Assembly: GCA_002269645.1 (NCBI GenBank)
Contig: NIVC01000305.1
Span: forward strand, 124,001 to 188,000
Origin: Macrostomum lignano
Taxonomy: Eukaryota
Length of the DNA stretch: 64,000 nt
Reading direction: 5' to 3'
Position numbers and translations under genes: made by a program. Below are positions 62,447 to 64,000 of this stretch, in pieces (position 1 is the first letter of the stretch; each line of letters opens with the position of its first letter). The notes below the pieces were generated by a model, which was given only the letters and a program-made list of their open reading frames with translations, ran no database searches and was not told where the DNA came from.

Positions 62447-63582
62447 TCTGAATGTTCAGGATAGAAAGAAATGACTCACCCTGAATGTTCAGGACAGTAA
62501 GAAATGACTCACCCTGAATATTCAGGACAGTTAGAAATGACTCATCCTGAATGTTCAGGACAGTTAGAAATGACTCATCCTGAATGTTCAGGACAGTAAG
62601 AAATGACTCATCCTGAATGTTCAGGACAGTTAGAAATGACTCATCCTGAATGTTCAGGACAGTTAGAAATGACTCATCCTGAATGTTCAGGACAGTTAGA
62701 AATGACTCATTCTGAATGTTCAGGACAGTTAGAAATGACTCACCCTGAATGTTCAGGACAGTAAGAAATGACTCATCCTGAATGTTCAGGACAGAAAGAA
62801 ATGACTCACCTGAATGTTCAGGACAGTAAGAAATGACTCACCCTGAATGTTCAGGACAGTAAGAAATGACTCACCCTGAATATTCAGGACAGTTAGAAAT
62901 GACTCACCCTGAATGTTCAGGACAGTTAGAAATGACTCATCCTGAATGTTCAGGACAGTTAGAAATGACTCATTCTGAATGTTCAGGACAGTTAGAAATG
63001 ACTCATCCTGAATGTTCAGGACAGTTAGAAATGACTCATCCTGAATGTTCAGGACAGTAAGAAATGACTCATCCTGAATGTTCAGGACAGAAAGAAATGA
63101 CTCACCTGAATGTTCAGGACAGTAAGAAATGACTCACCCTGAATGTTCAGGACAGTAAGAAATGACTCATCCTGAATATTCAGGACAGTTAGAAATGACT
63201 CACCCTGAATGTTCAGGACAGTTAGAAATGACTCATCCTGAATGTTCAGGACAGTAAAAAATTACTCATTCTGAATGTTCAGGACAGTTAGAAATGACTC
63301 ATCCTGAATGTTCAGGACAGTTAGAAATGACTCATCCTGAATGTTCAGGACAGTAAGAAATGACTCACCCGAATGTTCAGGACAGTTAGAAATGACTCAT
63401 CCTGAATGTTCAGGACAGTTAGAAATGACTCATCCTGAATGTTCAGGACAGTAAGAAATGACTCACCCGAATGTTCAGGACAGTAAGAAATGACTCACCC
63501 GAATGTTCAGGACAGTAAAAAATTACTCATTCTGAATGTTCAGGACAGTAAAAAATTACTCATTCTGAATGTTCAGGACAGT
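62447..63582. repeat. 33-bp minisatellite (ctgaatgttcaggacagttagaaatgactcatc) immediately upstream of the CoA-transferase gene
   Basis: ~34 tandem units, most containing TGACTCA and a cctgaa(tg/ta)ttcagg near-palindrome. Confidence 0.95.
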
Positions 63583-64000
63583 ATACAGACCAACTAAAAA
63601 ACAAAAGTTGGGCACACTAAACTTACAGGGAGACGAGACTGACTATAAGGCTTGTTGCAAGAGATTAATCAAATGCCCAAGAAAAAATGTGATTAGATAG
63701 AAAGGGCTCAATGTTTCCCTAATTGCACGATACCCTAATAAAGCTCAGAGGATGAATAGAAAGGAATCTCTAGCTTTCCTAATTAAATGGAGAGAAAACA
63801 ACGCTCCATCTAGCCTCGGGATGGAGAACTCAAACTGCTCATTTCCCATACGAACCTATCAGCAAGAGCTGTACTCAGACTACTGTACAAAGGCCTGAAA
63901 AGTACTCTCCCCAGACATAGTAGATTCTCTACCCGGCAAAGAATGGACAAAATCACGAGGCAGAGGCGTGATTGCGTTGAGTTAGGAGAAGTCGCCACAG

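Noticed and set aside
62447-63582. 33-bp repeats with an internal palindrome resembling a CRISPR array
   Set aside because: Units are directly tandem with no unique spacers; eukaryotic context and no cas genes
63790-64000. Open frames on both strands at the window end
   Set aside because: No recognisable homology, and truncated by the window edge

Overview
Eukaryotic (animal) genomic DNA with spliceosomal GT-AG introns. GC-rich exons sit among AT-rich spacers, and roughly a quarter of the window is minisatellite arrays. The organisation resembles a flatworm such as Macrostomum (inference; no database search was possible). Plus-strand genes: NPC2 (partial), a two-domain C-type lectin, and a PAN+C-type lectin. 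Two runs of co-oriented minus-strand genes look like trans-spliced operons: (A) AURKAIP1/mS38 > MED30 > POLR3K > MCAT, and (B) family-I CoA-transferase (ASCT/4-hydroxybutyrate CoA-transferase-like) > ADHFE1 > [LTR element] > AIG1/ADTRP > LZIC > RWDD4 > TSP1-repeat membrane protein. A young 9.5-kb LTR retrotransposon (39062-48593) has ~2-kb LTRs, an AATA target-site duplication, a tRNA-Leu primer-binding site and a PPT, but carries gag only. Highlights: (1) POLR3K has no genomic ATG and begins directly after a TTAG acceptor, as expected if a spliced leader ending in AUG supplies the start codon; (2) POLR3K is enclosed by two inverted arrays of the same 24-bp minisatellite; (3) two enzymes linked to 4-hydroxybutyrate/succinate metabolism are neighbours; (4) the LTR promoter and a perfect splice donor face the downstream genes. 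Exon coordinates were derived by hand from reading frames and splice signals. Most long ORFs in the supplied track are tandem-repeat artefacts.
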